Assembly: GCA_009103225.1 (NCBI GenBank)
Contig: RHPI01001517.1
Coordinates: forward strand, 136,505 to 200,504
Length of the DNA: 64,000 bases
Reading direction: 5' to 3'
Origin: Chlorokybus atmophyticus
Lineage: Eukaryota > Plantae > Mesostigma and Chlorokybus algae
Shown here: positions 1-10,889 of the stretch, one piece after another
Numbering within the stretch: the first letter of the stretch is position 1
Layout: every line of letters begins with the position of its first letter
Program-made: the position numbers and the translations under genes
The notes under the pieces: model-generated
Told to the model about the DNA's origin: nothing
The model's input: the letters and a program-made list of their open reading frames with translations, nothing else
The model's database searches: none

Positions 1-843
1 AGACATGCTTAATCTTGGTGACGTTCTCAGACCGGACCTGCGTAGCTTTCTTCAAGGCAACACTTCAGTGAAAGGGGCACTCTTTGGGAGTCCAGTACAC
101 CTCATAGAATTTGGCCGCATCGGCCTCGTTGTCATGGTCGAAGCCAACTACCTGTCACGGGCAGGTTGGTCAGTGTCACGGTGCAGTGCGGTCATGAAGC
201 ATTCACTGCACCTGACACATGACGATACGAATAGTGTCCTCCTTGGGATCAACGTGGCTCTCTACCCAGTGGCCGTTTATGATTTCAATGACGGCATCTC
301 GCAAATGCTGTCCACAGAAGAACAATCCGTTACACACATACACACAGTGTCACAGTGTCACACAGTGCTTATCTCGTTGCCAATCTGCCACTTGCTTGAG
401 GAAGGGTTGCTGACGGCCGAGGTTGCCATGTCACTTCCAAATGCGTTTGAGTTGGGGGTTCCAATCGACCCTCCGCAAGCACAACCACATGAGTCATGCT
501 ACCAGCCATGAAAGATGCAACCCTCACAGTTGCGAAAGAAGAACAACGTGCACAGTGTATCCAGAACGCATGCAGTGAGTCACTGTGCTAGTCATGAAAG
601 AAGCAAGCATCCAAGTTAGAAGTTGAGCAAGAAGCAACGTGCACAGTGCATCAAGAACGCATGCAGTTTAGCTTGCCCTTGCCACTGCGGTGTCAGGTGG
701 AGTTGTTGTGATGTGCTGGGCGTTAGCGCGGGGTCTTGCTGTGATTGGTTGACGACGATTGCCTGGTTGAACCCGGGGGGCAATGTGGACAACTGGCGCC
801 GACCTCCACGACGAGGTGCACCTACGGATGGACCACGAGGCAT
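1..843 (-). pseudogene. Degraded multi-exon gene of unknown function, running off the left edge; probably transposon cargo
   Basis: Removing a 60-bp GT-AG intron (152-211, with a CTGAC branch-like site) joins HLRDAVIEIINGHWVESHVDPKEDTIRIVMCQ to VVGFDHDNEADAAKFYEVYWTPKECPFH*SVALKKATQVRSENVTKIKHV. There is an in-frame TGA at 65-67. The putative first exon starts at ATG 843; intermediate exons are unresolved. Confidence 0.45.
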
Positions 844-982
844 CTCTTCAACTGATAGTCGAGTGCCGCATGTTTAGCTGATAGTGGCACTGCCGCCTCA
901 AACGCTGCCGCCGCCGGTTGGCCCGCCCGCATGTACGAGGCGCGAAAACGAAAATGAGGCGGTTTTGAACATCTAGTGTCCC

Positions 983-1654
983 TGTAACAGTCAAGGCCAA
1001 ATTCTGTGATTTTCATGGCCGTTTTAGGCCTTATTTGTAAGGTACATGTTTTTAATGACTTGTGGCGGATATCGGCGAGTTATGAGTCTGCCGCGGATAT
1101 CGACCGGGGCCCCAAGACCAGTCCGGAAGGTGCCAGAAAACGGAGGGCCAGTCGAGAAGGGCTCGACCAGATTTCTGGAAGGGCCTGGCGCCAAGTAGTA
1201 TAACTTGACCATATGAGCAGCAAATTAGGAGATCTTTGGTGCGTTGGAAAGGTCTAGAAGTGTACTACAAGATTCTGCAAGAATATCTTAGCTTCTAGTT
1301 CCGTCTAGCGCTAGAATCGTCTAGACAGTAGCATGTGCAGACTGGTAGGTATAAAAGTGACATTCTACAATTTGCAATACAACCTTTAGCTCCCTAGTTT
1401 CTGGTGTGCAAGCTTGGTGGTGGTTAGCAGGGGTTGCTAGCGTGTGGCCACTGGTGTGTGCTTGCTTGTGTGACGATCCAAGGCGCTACACAAGTCGGTG
1501 TGTAGCTTCGAGCGCATGCGCGTGCGTACGCGAGTGGCGGGGCGCGCGTGTGTGCTTGGCAGAGGGGGCAAGGTTCCGGTGTGAATACCGTGTCTTGGTG
1601 AGAGGGTTGTGGATTGGACCAACTCACAGGTAGCAAGGCACGAGCACCGCCACA
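983..1654 (+). repeat. 5' LTR
   Basis: Direct repeat of 6361-7032; I found 2 differences by eye, both C/T (1509, 1650). TATAAAA at 1350-1356. Confidence 0.97.
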
Positions 1655-1656
1655 GC

Positions 1657-1668
1657 TGGTATCGGAGC
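1657..1668 (+). promoter_or_regulatory. Primer binding site, initiator tRNA-Met type
   Basis: TGGTATCGGAGC 2 nt after the LTR; one base from the common plant iMet PBS TGGTATCAGAGC. Confidence 0.85.
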
Positions 1669-1748
1669 ACGGTTTACGAAGGTGAGAGAGGAAGTGTGTG
1701 GGCGTTTACACTTTTCATTCGGAAGCGGAGTGTAGTGTGTTAGTGGAG

Positions 1749-2777
1749 ATGGAGGATGCTCGCATGGAAGAGCTTCAAGCTGCCATCTTGGCACTGAGGG
1801 AAGAGCTTCATCACACTCAAGCGGCGGCACAAGCACAACGCGAGGCGTATGAGCATGCGATGGCGCGTGTACAAATTCCCATGGCATCAAGCTCGCGCGT
1901 GCATGTGAAGGTGCCAAAGCCCAAGCCATTCAAGGGTCAACGTGATGGAGATGCAGTGGATGAATGGATTTTTCAAGTATCGTCTTGGTTGAAGCTCACG
2001 GAGGTGCCCACGCATCTGCACGTGGAGGTTGCAGCGACATTGCTTGAAGGTGCAGCACTTGTGTGGTGGAGGCATTGATGTACGCGTGTTGCAAACGGGT
2101 TGGCGCTACCATTGACCACCATGGAAGAGTTGACACTGGAGGTCAGGCATCAATTTGTTCCCGTTGAGAGCGTGAAGGCCGCACGCGACAAACTTGCAGC
2201 CCTTGTGCAAATGGGGTCGGTGATGGCGTACACGGCCGCGTTTCAGCGATTGGTGATGTCCATACCCAATATGACCGAGGAGGAGCAGTTGGACAGGTAT
2301 ACACGTGGTTTAAAACCTTTGGGGCGTAAAGAAGTGGAGCTACGGGACCCGAAGACACTCGCGGAGGCTATACGCATCGCGGAGCGTCTCGACGCGTTGT
2401 ACTTGAAGTCCACCACAAGAAACATTGACTGGAGGCAAAGGCATGGTTATCAGCCCCAGGGAGGCGTTCAACATGCGTGGAGACGAGGAGATCCAAGTTT
2501 AGCACTTGCCAATGGAGGTGGAGCTGACTCTGGGCCTGCACCAATGGAGGTGGGTGCCATACACACGCATGGAAGTGAGGCGAAGCACGGCGGACGTGGT
2601 GAAAGAGGTAAAGGTGTGCGCAAGTGTTATGCGTGTGGGTCGACGGAGCATTTGGCGTACGGATGCCCCAAACGAAGCACGCAAAGGCCAACACTGGATG
2701 GCAACCCTCGCCGTGATCGTCGCGTCAACACCATGAAGCAAAATGGCGTGGAGCAGGAAAACGACTTCCCCCAGTAG
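1749..2777 (+). pseudogene. gag: gag with CCHC zinc knuckle, interrupted by an in-frame TGA
   Basis: ORFs 1698-2078 and 2100-2777 share a frame; TGA at 2076-2078 (WWRH*CTRV); retrotransposon-gag-like core and CYACGSTEHLAYGC knuckle. Confidence 0.92.
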
Positions 2778-5700
2778 GTGAGGAGGCTACTGCTGGGGAT
2801 AGGAAGGAGCCTCATGCACGGACGGATGCTGTGACATTTCCATTAAAGAAGCAAGAAGAGATGGCTTTGAACGCGCCAATGGTGGTGAGTTATGCAAACG
2901 AGGAGACAACAAAGTACTTCGGGCTTCGAGCACACATTTGCGATGACCAAGGACGATGGAGAGAGTGTAAGCTCATGATTGATAGCGGTGCCAACAGCAA
3001 CTTCATGAGTATTGATATCGCGCGGCGTTACGGTTGGCTTTCGTCATTACGAGGAGGTGAAGTGAAGCTCGCTGATGGAGAGCCACCCTCTGGAGGTGAT
3101 GGCGCTGCGTTTATGACCAAAGAGTTGTGCGTTTGCATTGGGAAGATGAAGGAGAGCATGCGGTTTTGCTGCATCACCCTACGGAACGGGTTTGATGGGA
3201 TTTTGGGACTACCGTGGCTATGGCAACATAATCCAGCCATCAATTGGAGGAAGCGCGTGCTCACCATCGAGCGAAACGGTGGAGAGTCCATTCAAGCTGC
3301 ATCGGACGTCATCGAGGCGCGGCACGCACAATTAGGTGGTACGACAATTGCCCAGATCTCTTATGTGCAATTGAGGAAGTTATTGTCTCCACGGAAGGCA
3401 AAGGCTGCATGGTTGTGCGTGGTGCGCGAAAACACTGCAAAGTCAGCACCCGGAGCTGAGTGACGATGTTCAGACGGCTACTATGGACCCCGAGGTGTGT
3501 AAACTTGTTAAAGAATACCAAGATATCATGGTGGACGGACTTCCATCTGGTCTACCACCTCCACGGAGCGTAGACCACCGTGTGGAGCTGATTGAGGGCG
3601 TGCACAAGCCACCGTATCGACCCGTATACAAGTTGTCACCTTTGGAACTGGAAGAGGCCGAGAGGCAGGTGGCGGACTTGCTGAAAAGAGGCTACATCAG
3701 GCCTAGTAAGTCCCCCTATGGTGCACCTATTTTGTTTGTACGAAAGAAGAACGGGAGCTTGCGCATGTGCGTCGACTACCGAGCTCTCAACAACATCACG
3801 AAGAGGAATTGCTTTCCACTCCCACGTATCGACGAGTTGCTGGAGCAATTGCAAGGTGCGCAGTACTTCACAACACTTGATCTTGCTGGAGGTTATCACC
3901 AAATTCGCATCGCGCCCGAGGATGTGGAGAAAACAGCTTTTAACACACGTTATGGGCACTACGAGTGGTTGGTCATGTCCTTCGGACTTACGAACGCACC
4001 GGCAACATTTCAAACGCTTATGAACAGCGTTTTTGCTGACTTGATTGGTAAGGGAGTCCTCGTGTACCTCGACGACATTTTGGTGTACGCGACAACAAAG
4101 GAGGAGCACGTGGCACTTCTACGGCGCGTGTTGCAGCGTTTGCGCGAACACAAGTTGTACGCCCAGCTACAAAAGTGCAAATTCTTGCTTCGAGAGGTGG
4201 AGTACCTAGGCCACATTGTGTCGCATGAAGGCATCAAGCCGGACCCCAACAAAGTGCAGGTGGTGCGCGAGTGGGCTGCCCCGACCAATGTAAAGGAGGT
4301 GATGTCCTTTTTAGGCCTTGCGGGGTATTATCGCAAGTTTATCATGGGGTTTTCGCGCATAGCTGCTCCCTTGACTACCCTACTCAAGAAGGGAAAGCAT
4401 TGGAGCTGGTCAGCAACAGAGGAACATGCATTTGCTGCGTTGAAGAAGGCGCTGACGGAGGCACCAGTCCTGGCTCACCCCAACATGGAAAAGACATTTA
4501 TTTTGGCTTGCGACGCGTCCGACACAGCCGTAGGAGCTGTTTTGCAGCAAGACCATGGCAACGGCCTTCAACCAGTAGCATTCTTCAGCAAGAAGATGAG
4601 TGGTGCGGAGCTGAATTACCCCGTGCACGAGAAGGAACTTTTAGCGCAAGTCATGGCGCTACAACAATGGCGTTGTTTTTTGGAAGGCAAAAAGTTCGTG
4701 CTTGAGACGGATCACTCTCCACTGAGGTACTTACAAACACAACCTCATCTGAGTCGCAGACAAGCTCGATGGCTTGAGTTCTTTCAACTTTTTAACTTCG
4801 ATATCAAGTACAAGCCCGGTACGTCAAATGGTGTTGCTGACGCGCTGAGCCGGCTTAATGCAATTGAGGCACTCGCTCAAGTGCAGCCCGAGTGGACCGA
4901 CCAGATTCGGCAAGTGCTTCGTGAAGACACGGAGGGTATGAAAGTGTTGCAAGAGCTGAAAAATACAGCTACGGACACAAGTGGGCACTGGTCAATGCGC
5001 GACGGGCTGCTGTGGCACCATGGGCGCTTGTACATCCCCTACGTCGCGCATATCCGTGTGAAGTTGCTGAAGGAAGTTCATGATGTGCCCATTGCTGGTC
5101 ACCAAGGGTTGGAAAGGACTTTGGCAAGCTTAAAACAGCGTTTTTACTGGCGAGAGATGCATCGCGATGTGCGCGACTACGTAACGTTGTGCGACGCATG
5201 CCAAAAGGTGAAGGCAAGCAACCAAAAGCCAGGTGGGTTGCTGCAACCTCTCCCTGTGCCGTTGTCCAAGTGGGAGCAAGTTACCATGGACTTTATCACG
5301 GGGCTACCAAAGACAAAAGAAGGGTACGACGCTATACTTGTGTTCGTCGATAAAACCAGCAAAATGGTACGCTTGGCACCGTGTAGTGAGTCTTGCACGG
5401 CACCGGAGGCAGCACGCTTGTTCGTGAAGCATATATTTCGTTCTCATGGATTACCACGAAGCATTGTGAGTGATCGCGACCCGCGCTTTACAAGTAAGTT
5501 TTGGGAGGCGCTGCATAGTGCACTGGGTACCACACTGAAGTTTAGCACGGCATTCCACCCGCAAACTGATGGGCAAACGGAGCGGGCCAACCGTGTGATC
5601 GAGGACATGCTGCGTTGCTACGTTAACGCGCGACAAGACAATTGGGAGGAGCTGCTTGAGTTGGTTGAGTTTGCGATCAACAACCACCACAATGCAAGCA

Positions 5701-6365
5701 CAGGTGTCACTCCCTTCCTTATGAACTACGGGCAACATCCATTGACACCGTTGACGGCATGGACACCGCGACGACATGACGTGCGTGTGGAGGCAGCTAA
5801 TGACTTCCTTACAATGTGCGCGGACATTAACCAGGCAGCTAGGGATGCGTTATTGGTGGCACAAAATCGGCAGAAGCAGTACGCGGACGCGCATCGCCGA
5901 CACCTCACGTTTCAGGAAGGCGACATTGTGTTACTCTCCGCGAAGCACGTCCAGGTGCGTACGGGAGTTCGCAAGCTGAATGAACGCTGGTTGGGACCAT
6001 TTAAGGTCAGCAAAGTTATCTCGGACGTGGCGTACAAGTTGGAGCTACCCGACACCATGCGTGTGCACCCCGTTTTTCACGTCTCCCTTCTGAAAGCATA
6101 TTGAGGACAACCGCCAGAAAGGCCACCCCCCGAAGTTGGCACGGACGGTGAACCCGAGTGGGAGGTAGAAGACATCCTTGGAGAGAAGTTTGTGCATGGC
6201 GTACGCAAGTTCTTAGTGAAATGGAAGGGCTATCCGCTGCATGAAGCATCCTGGGAGCCAGAGGCACACTTGTCTAATGCTCAAGACGTTGTGCGTGCCT
6301 ATCTTGCTCGACGACACCCTCGCGAGCTTCGAGGACGAAGCTCACCTGGGGGGGGAGGAGTGTAA
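2759..6365 (+). pseudogene. pol: pol: aspartic protease, RT, RNase H, integrase, chromodomain; one frameshift and one in-frame stop
   Basis: Overlaps the gag end in the -1 frame at G GAA AAC (~2756-2762). Motifs: LMIDSGA, YLDD, HHCC/DDE integrase, GPF. Frame change at the A-run ~3429-3432; TGA at 6102-6104 is followed in frame by EWEVEDIL...FLVKWKGYPLHEASWEP to TAA 6363-6365. Confidence 0.93.
6348..6360 (+). promoter_or_regulatory. Polypurine tract
   Basis: GGGGGGGGAGGAG abutting the 3' LTR. Confidence 0.9.
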
Positions 6366-7032
6366 CAGTCAAGGCCAAATTCTGTGATTTTCATGGCCGT
6401 TTTAGGCCTTATTTGTAAGGTACATGTTTTTAATGACTTGTGGCGGATATCGGCGAGTTATGAGTCTGCCGCGGATATCGACCGGGGCCCCAAGACCAGT
6501 CCGGAAGGTGCCAGAAAACGGAGGGCCAGTCGAGAAGGGCTCGACCAGATTTCTGGAAGGGCCTGGCGCCAAGTAGTATAACTTGACCATATGAGCAGCA
6601 AATTAGGAGATCTTTGGTGCGTTGGAAAGGTCTAGAAGTGTACTACAAGATTCTGCAAGAATATCTTAGCTTCTAGTTCCGTCTAGCGCTAGAATCGTCT
6701 AGACAGTAGCATGTGCAGACTGGTAGGTATAAAAGTGACATTCTACAATTTGCAATACAACCTTTAGCTCCCTAGTTTCTGGTGTGCAAGCTTGGTGGTG
6801 GTTAGCAGGGGTTGCTAGCGTGTGGCCACTGGTGTGTGCTTGCTTGTGTGACGATCCAAGGCGCTACACAAGTCGGTGTGTAGCTTTGAGCGCATGCGCG
6901 TGCGTACGCGAGTGGCGGGGCGCGCGTGTGTGCTTGGCAGAGGGGGCAAGGTTCCGGTGTGAATACCGTGTCTTGGTGAGAGGGTTGTGGATTGGACCAA
7001 CTCACAGGTAGCAAGGCACGAGCACCGTCACA
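6361..7032 (+). repeat. 3' LTR
   Basis: Direct repeat of 983-1654, followed by TSD GTCCC. Confidence 0.97.
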
Positions 7033-7079
7033 GTCCCGCACTAGAGTCGCACTTGTAGTGCGTCCTTGCTCCTGTGGTT

Positions 7080-7260
7080 GATGGTACGACTTATGCATTC
7101 GTGCCATCCACTTCGTACAACCATTGGTAACAATGGTTGTACGAAGCATGGATTGTGTCGTAACATTTATGGTACGACAAAGGCATCTCTCGTCCAACCC
7201 CAGCCATTGCCGTACAATGGCTCTGTCGTACCATTCATGGTACGACAGAGGCATTGCTCG
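7080..7260. repeat. Cluster of short inverted repeats built on GTACGA
   Basis: CTTCGTACAACCATTG-gtaa-CAATGGTTGTACGAAG (16 bp), CTCTGTCGTACCAT-tc-ATGGTACGACAGAG (14 bp), AGCCATTG-ccgta-CAATGGCT. Confidence 0.85.
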
Positions 7261-9098
7261 ATCAGCCCTAATGAGAGTTAGCGTGCACTCACCCAAACAC
7301 GCTTCATTGATGGCCGGATGATGGCACGCAGGGGCACTAGGTCGATAACGGGTCGAATGTCAGACATAGTGGGCCTGGATTCGATCAAGAGGCGGAGGAC
7401 CAGGAGTCGGAGGCGGCGGCGGCGGCGGCGGCGGCGTGGCACATCTTGCGAGAAGTTGTGGTCGTAAGAGTTCAAGCAGCGAAGCCAGCTACTACCGGGC
7501 GCCACGTCATGGATCATGGCAGGCGTCAGCAATGGGCTTGTCCAACATGCATCACCAACATTGGACAAACCAGCAGGCAAGCCATTAAGGACCATCTTCA
7601 CACAGAGAGCTGCTTGGTGGCTCGCTTTCTGCAACAAGGAGTGGATCACGAGCTGCAGTCCTTGGAGCCCCTTGTCAGAACCATGTGGGACCAATTGCGG
7701 CTGTGGGAACAAGCACAAAGGAATGCAGAGGTACGCTCAACAGTCACATGCATTTCCTTGCAAGAGCAATTTGTTTTTTAGCACAGTCCATGTGATACAT
7801 GTAGCGTGGCTGCAGGCCTCCACTATTCACCCATACCCACCCTACAGTCAAGCCGACATAGCGGAAGCCAGAGCAAATAGACAGAGCTGGGCGGCGGTAT
7901 GTTGTTGCCAATCTCGCTGTGCATGTTGACTGCATGCACCTCCAATGCATGCCTACCTTTGCATGCTAGGATGTGCGTGAGCGTGCGAAGTCGCGCGCGC
8001 GTGCCGAACGAAGTAGGCTGGGCTTAAGCACAAGAGCGCGTGGCCATTTGTCCGGCATTCAACCAATAGTGCATCAACCAGCAATGACGCAGTCCATGCA
8101 ATCACTCGTGCATCAACCAGCAATGCCGCAAGTGACTGTTTAAAGCAACCAACTGATGATGGTGTGACGCAGTTGACTATTGCAATTGCAGTGTCGCAAG
8201 CATGCAGCTAACCCACATGTGATTGGTTGACAGCACCACAGTGCACTAGGTCTTGTTGGAGCTCCTATGCAAGCCTGGATTCAATCCCATCAACTGGTCC
8301 TTCAATCCCACTTGCTGATGGGCGCGGCGGCAATGCGGCATGAGTATAACATGCATGTTGGCCTGTTGAATCCCGACATGTCCATTGAGGCAGTGGCGCA
8401 TGATGTGCCCATCGCTCACGAGCTCCCTGACGAGTCTGCGATTAAGGGTGGCGGGGAGAGTGCACCCAATACCACCTTGTCAACCCTCATGGCTTCCCCT
8501 GCTCCATGCAACCCACGGGCCATTGAGGTAAGTCGTTGTCTTTTATGCTTGTGCCTTGGTAACAATGCGTCAGGCACTGCATAAGCTTATATTCGTCCTT
8601 TGCAACATTGTGAGCCATCTTATCCTGGGTTCTGTATACAGCCCCCCTTGCTGCATGCACAAGTGGTCTCACCTGCCGCTCCTGCTCCCCTCGCAGCCAG
8701 AGCGCAACCACCTTCCGTGGCACCAGTCCTTCATGCACTGCCATCTCCTCCACGAGCAGCACCGGTGATTGCGGGGAACAATCCTTCTTACCGCCACCGG
8801 CAAGACCACAGCACAATGCAACAGCCGATGTGGCTTCTGCACCTACCTTACCCCACCCGCTGCAAGTTGAAGCCGGCAGTCTGCCCCAAACTCAGGTACT
8901 TTATCAATCGCTGTGACTCTTGCCGTCCACAGTTGGACACACCATTTTAGTGCTGTATGCGCATGCAGCAGGGGTCACCATCTGCCAGCGAGTCATCAGA
9001 GGAGCTGGCCGCAACCCGCATACGGCCATCAGTCACGCTAGGTGGTCAGCTCGCCTCATGGGACCACTTCAATGCGCCAACACACGGCTTGACGTTGA

Positions 9099-10889
9099 AG
9101 GACCATGCATAGTCCGTACCCCGCGGGCCAGGACTGCCTGGTCCGCGGGGGACGGACCGTTCCTGGTCCGTTCGGGGCCCCGCGGCCCGTGAATGGCTGG
9201 CGCGGCGACGCGCACCACGCATGGTCCGTGCCGCACCATCCATGGTGCGGCACGAACCTGTACTGTACGCTGGCCCTTGAATGCGGACCAGGTGCGGTCC
9301 CGCAGTCCTGTGGCCCTATTAGCATGCACCGTACATGGTGCCGCACGGTCCGCACCGAACTATGTACGGGGCAGCACGGACCAGTGACCGCGGCCCTGCC
9401 ACTATCATGAGTAGGTAGCAGCAACCTACGTAAGGTACAATATATTGCCTAACTGCCTGATTGCACAAGTGCACTTAACGTGTTAATTGACGGCGTGTAT
9501 AGCCGACAGCCGCACCGACTGTCGGCTATACACCGTGGACAGCCGCAAGTGGATAGCCGCAAATGGTCGGCGGCTGATTGACAGCCGGCCGGCTGTCAAC
9601 TAAGCTGTAAGGGGCTGTCTATGCAATTAACATACTTGATACTACCGTACGTGTATTTGCAAAAATCTGTGAACATGCACCATTAACATGTTCTATGCGT
9701 TTATCTAAGTATCTACGTATATATGAACATTAAATATATATCATATAATACATATATATGAATGTTAGCGTGTGCACAAATGGATCCAAAGCTTATACGC
9801 ATTTTAAATGGCTATATCAGCCGTATTATGGGGTGAGCCGTGTACAAGGTATGTCTCATGTGAACATACGTATAACAAGTATTCATAAGTCACGTCACTT
9901 ATTAAATAGCCTCTTATGAGACCGCAGAATGATTAAAAGCCCCGACCAAACATTATGTCAATCAGCCATTAGATACCTACATTAGTGCCGCAATGCTCGT
10001 CGTTTCGTATTTATATCATGTAAACGTGTATAAATATATATAAGAATGTTTACATATGCACACATGTAGCTGTGTGTATGCGCACGCAAGCAGGATATCG
10101 ACAACCCCAAACAAGGTTACATACTCATGAGCAGCCCCCAACAAAGCATTGCAGTTTACACACCTTGGCAGCCGCCGAGTTGCGGCTGCATGTGTCATCA
10201 ATAATGACGTAAAATAATGTGATACCGTGGATTAATACTGGTACAGCCTATGCACATTGATAGCGCATGCACTGCCTATGGGCCTGTCAATTCACAACGC
10301 CGACTTCCTGTGCAATTTCCGCCGCCGACAGTCGCCAAGCGGCCGTCGGTACAGTCTATTATGCAAGTACTGCACCGTCCCTATCGGTACGTGCACATGT
10401 AGCTTAGTGGTTAGGGTGTCGTGTTTGTATTCCAAAGGTCTTGGGTTCGACTCTTGGTGGGTGCATGCGTTCTTCACTAATCATTTCTAAGACGCCGCGG
10501 CCTCGTGCGCCTGCAGCCTGCGGCCCCGCAGGTCGGGCGTGGCCGGTGCTGCCGGCTCAAGATAGAGCACTTTTCCGTCATTTGCATTACATCTGATGCC
10601 ATTGAATAAGTATTGCGGTCAATGGTCCGCTGGCCGGACCAGTAATGATTTCTGAATCTAATGGTTTTTGTTGAGTCCCTGGTCCGCTGACTGGCTCTTA
10701 CCTGGTCCTGACGCGACCGTAAACAGGCCGGACCAGACATGGTGCGACCCCAAAAAACATGGGACCGTTCACGTGAGTTTTGGACCATGCATGGTCGGAC
10801 TGTCAATGACAGTCCGACCAGACATGGTCCACGGAATTCACTTAGCAGGGGAAAATCCCGGTTCGAGGGTACGGACCATTTGTGGTCCT
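9099..10889. mobile_element. 1.8-kb non-autonomous TIR element (MULE-like by TSD length) inserted in the OTU exon
   Basis: Imperfect TIRs AGGACCAtgcATaGTCCGTACCC / AGGACCAcaaATgGTCCGTACCC; flanks TTGACGTTGA (9089-9098) and TTGACGTCAA (10890-10899); TGGTCC/GGACCA subterminal arrays at both ends; excision restores the frame. Confidence 0.85.
10393..10465 (+). pseudogene. tRNA-derived pseudogene, Thr(TGT)-like
   Basis: 73 nt with box A TAGCTTAGTGG, box B GGTTCGACTC and TGT at the anticodon position; acceptor and anticodon stems are broken. Confidence 0.7.

Larger units (their letters stand above)
983..7032 (+). mobile_element. Full-length Ty3/Gypsy chromovirus LTR retrotransposon, recent insertion, coding region disrupted
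   Basis: 672-bp TG...CA LTRs (983-1654, 6361-7032), TSD GTCCC (978-982, 7033-7037), PBS, PPT, and gag-PR-RT-RH-INT-chromodomain order. Confidence 0.97.

Noticed and set aside
1006-1636. Short ORFs duplicated at 6384-7011
   Set aside because: They are simply the two LTR copies.
3421-3483. Second programmed (+1) frameshift between protease and RT
   Set aside because: A single extra A in a homopolymer explains it; PR and RT are normally one frame in this group.
65-6104. Repeated in-frame TGA suggesting stop-codon reassignment or readthrough
   Set aside because: Contexts fit CGA to TGA decay, TAG/TAA lesions also occur in neighbouring elements, and the amidase ends normally at TGA.
10393-10465. 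Functional tRNA-Thr gene
   Set aside because: Acceptor and anticodon stems do not pair.
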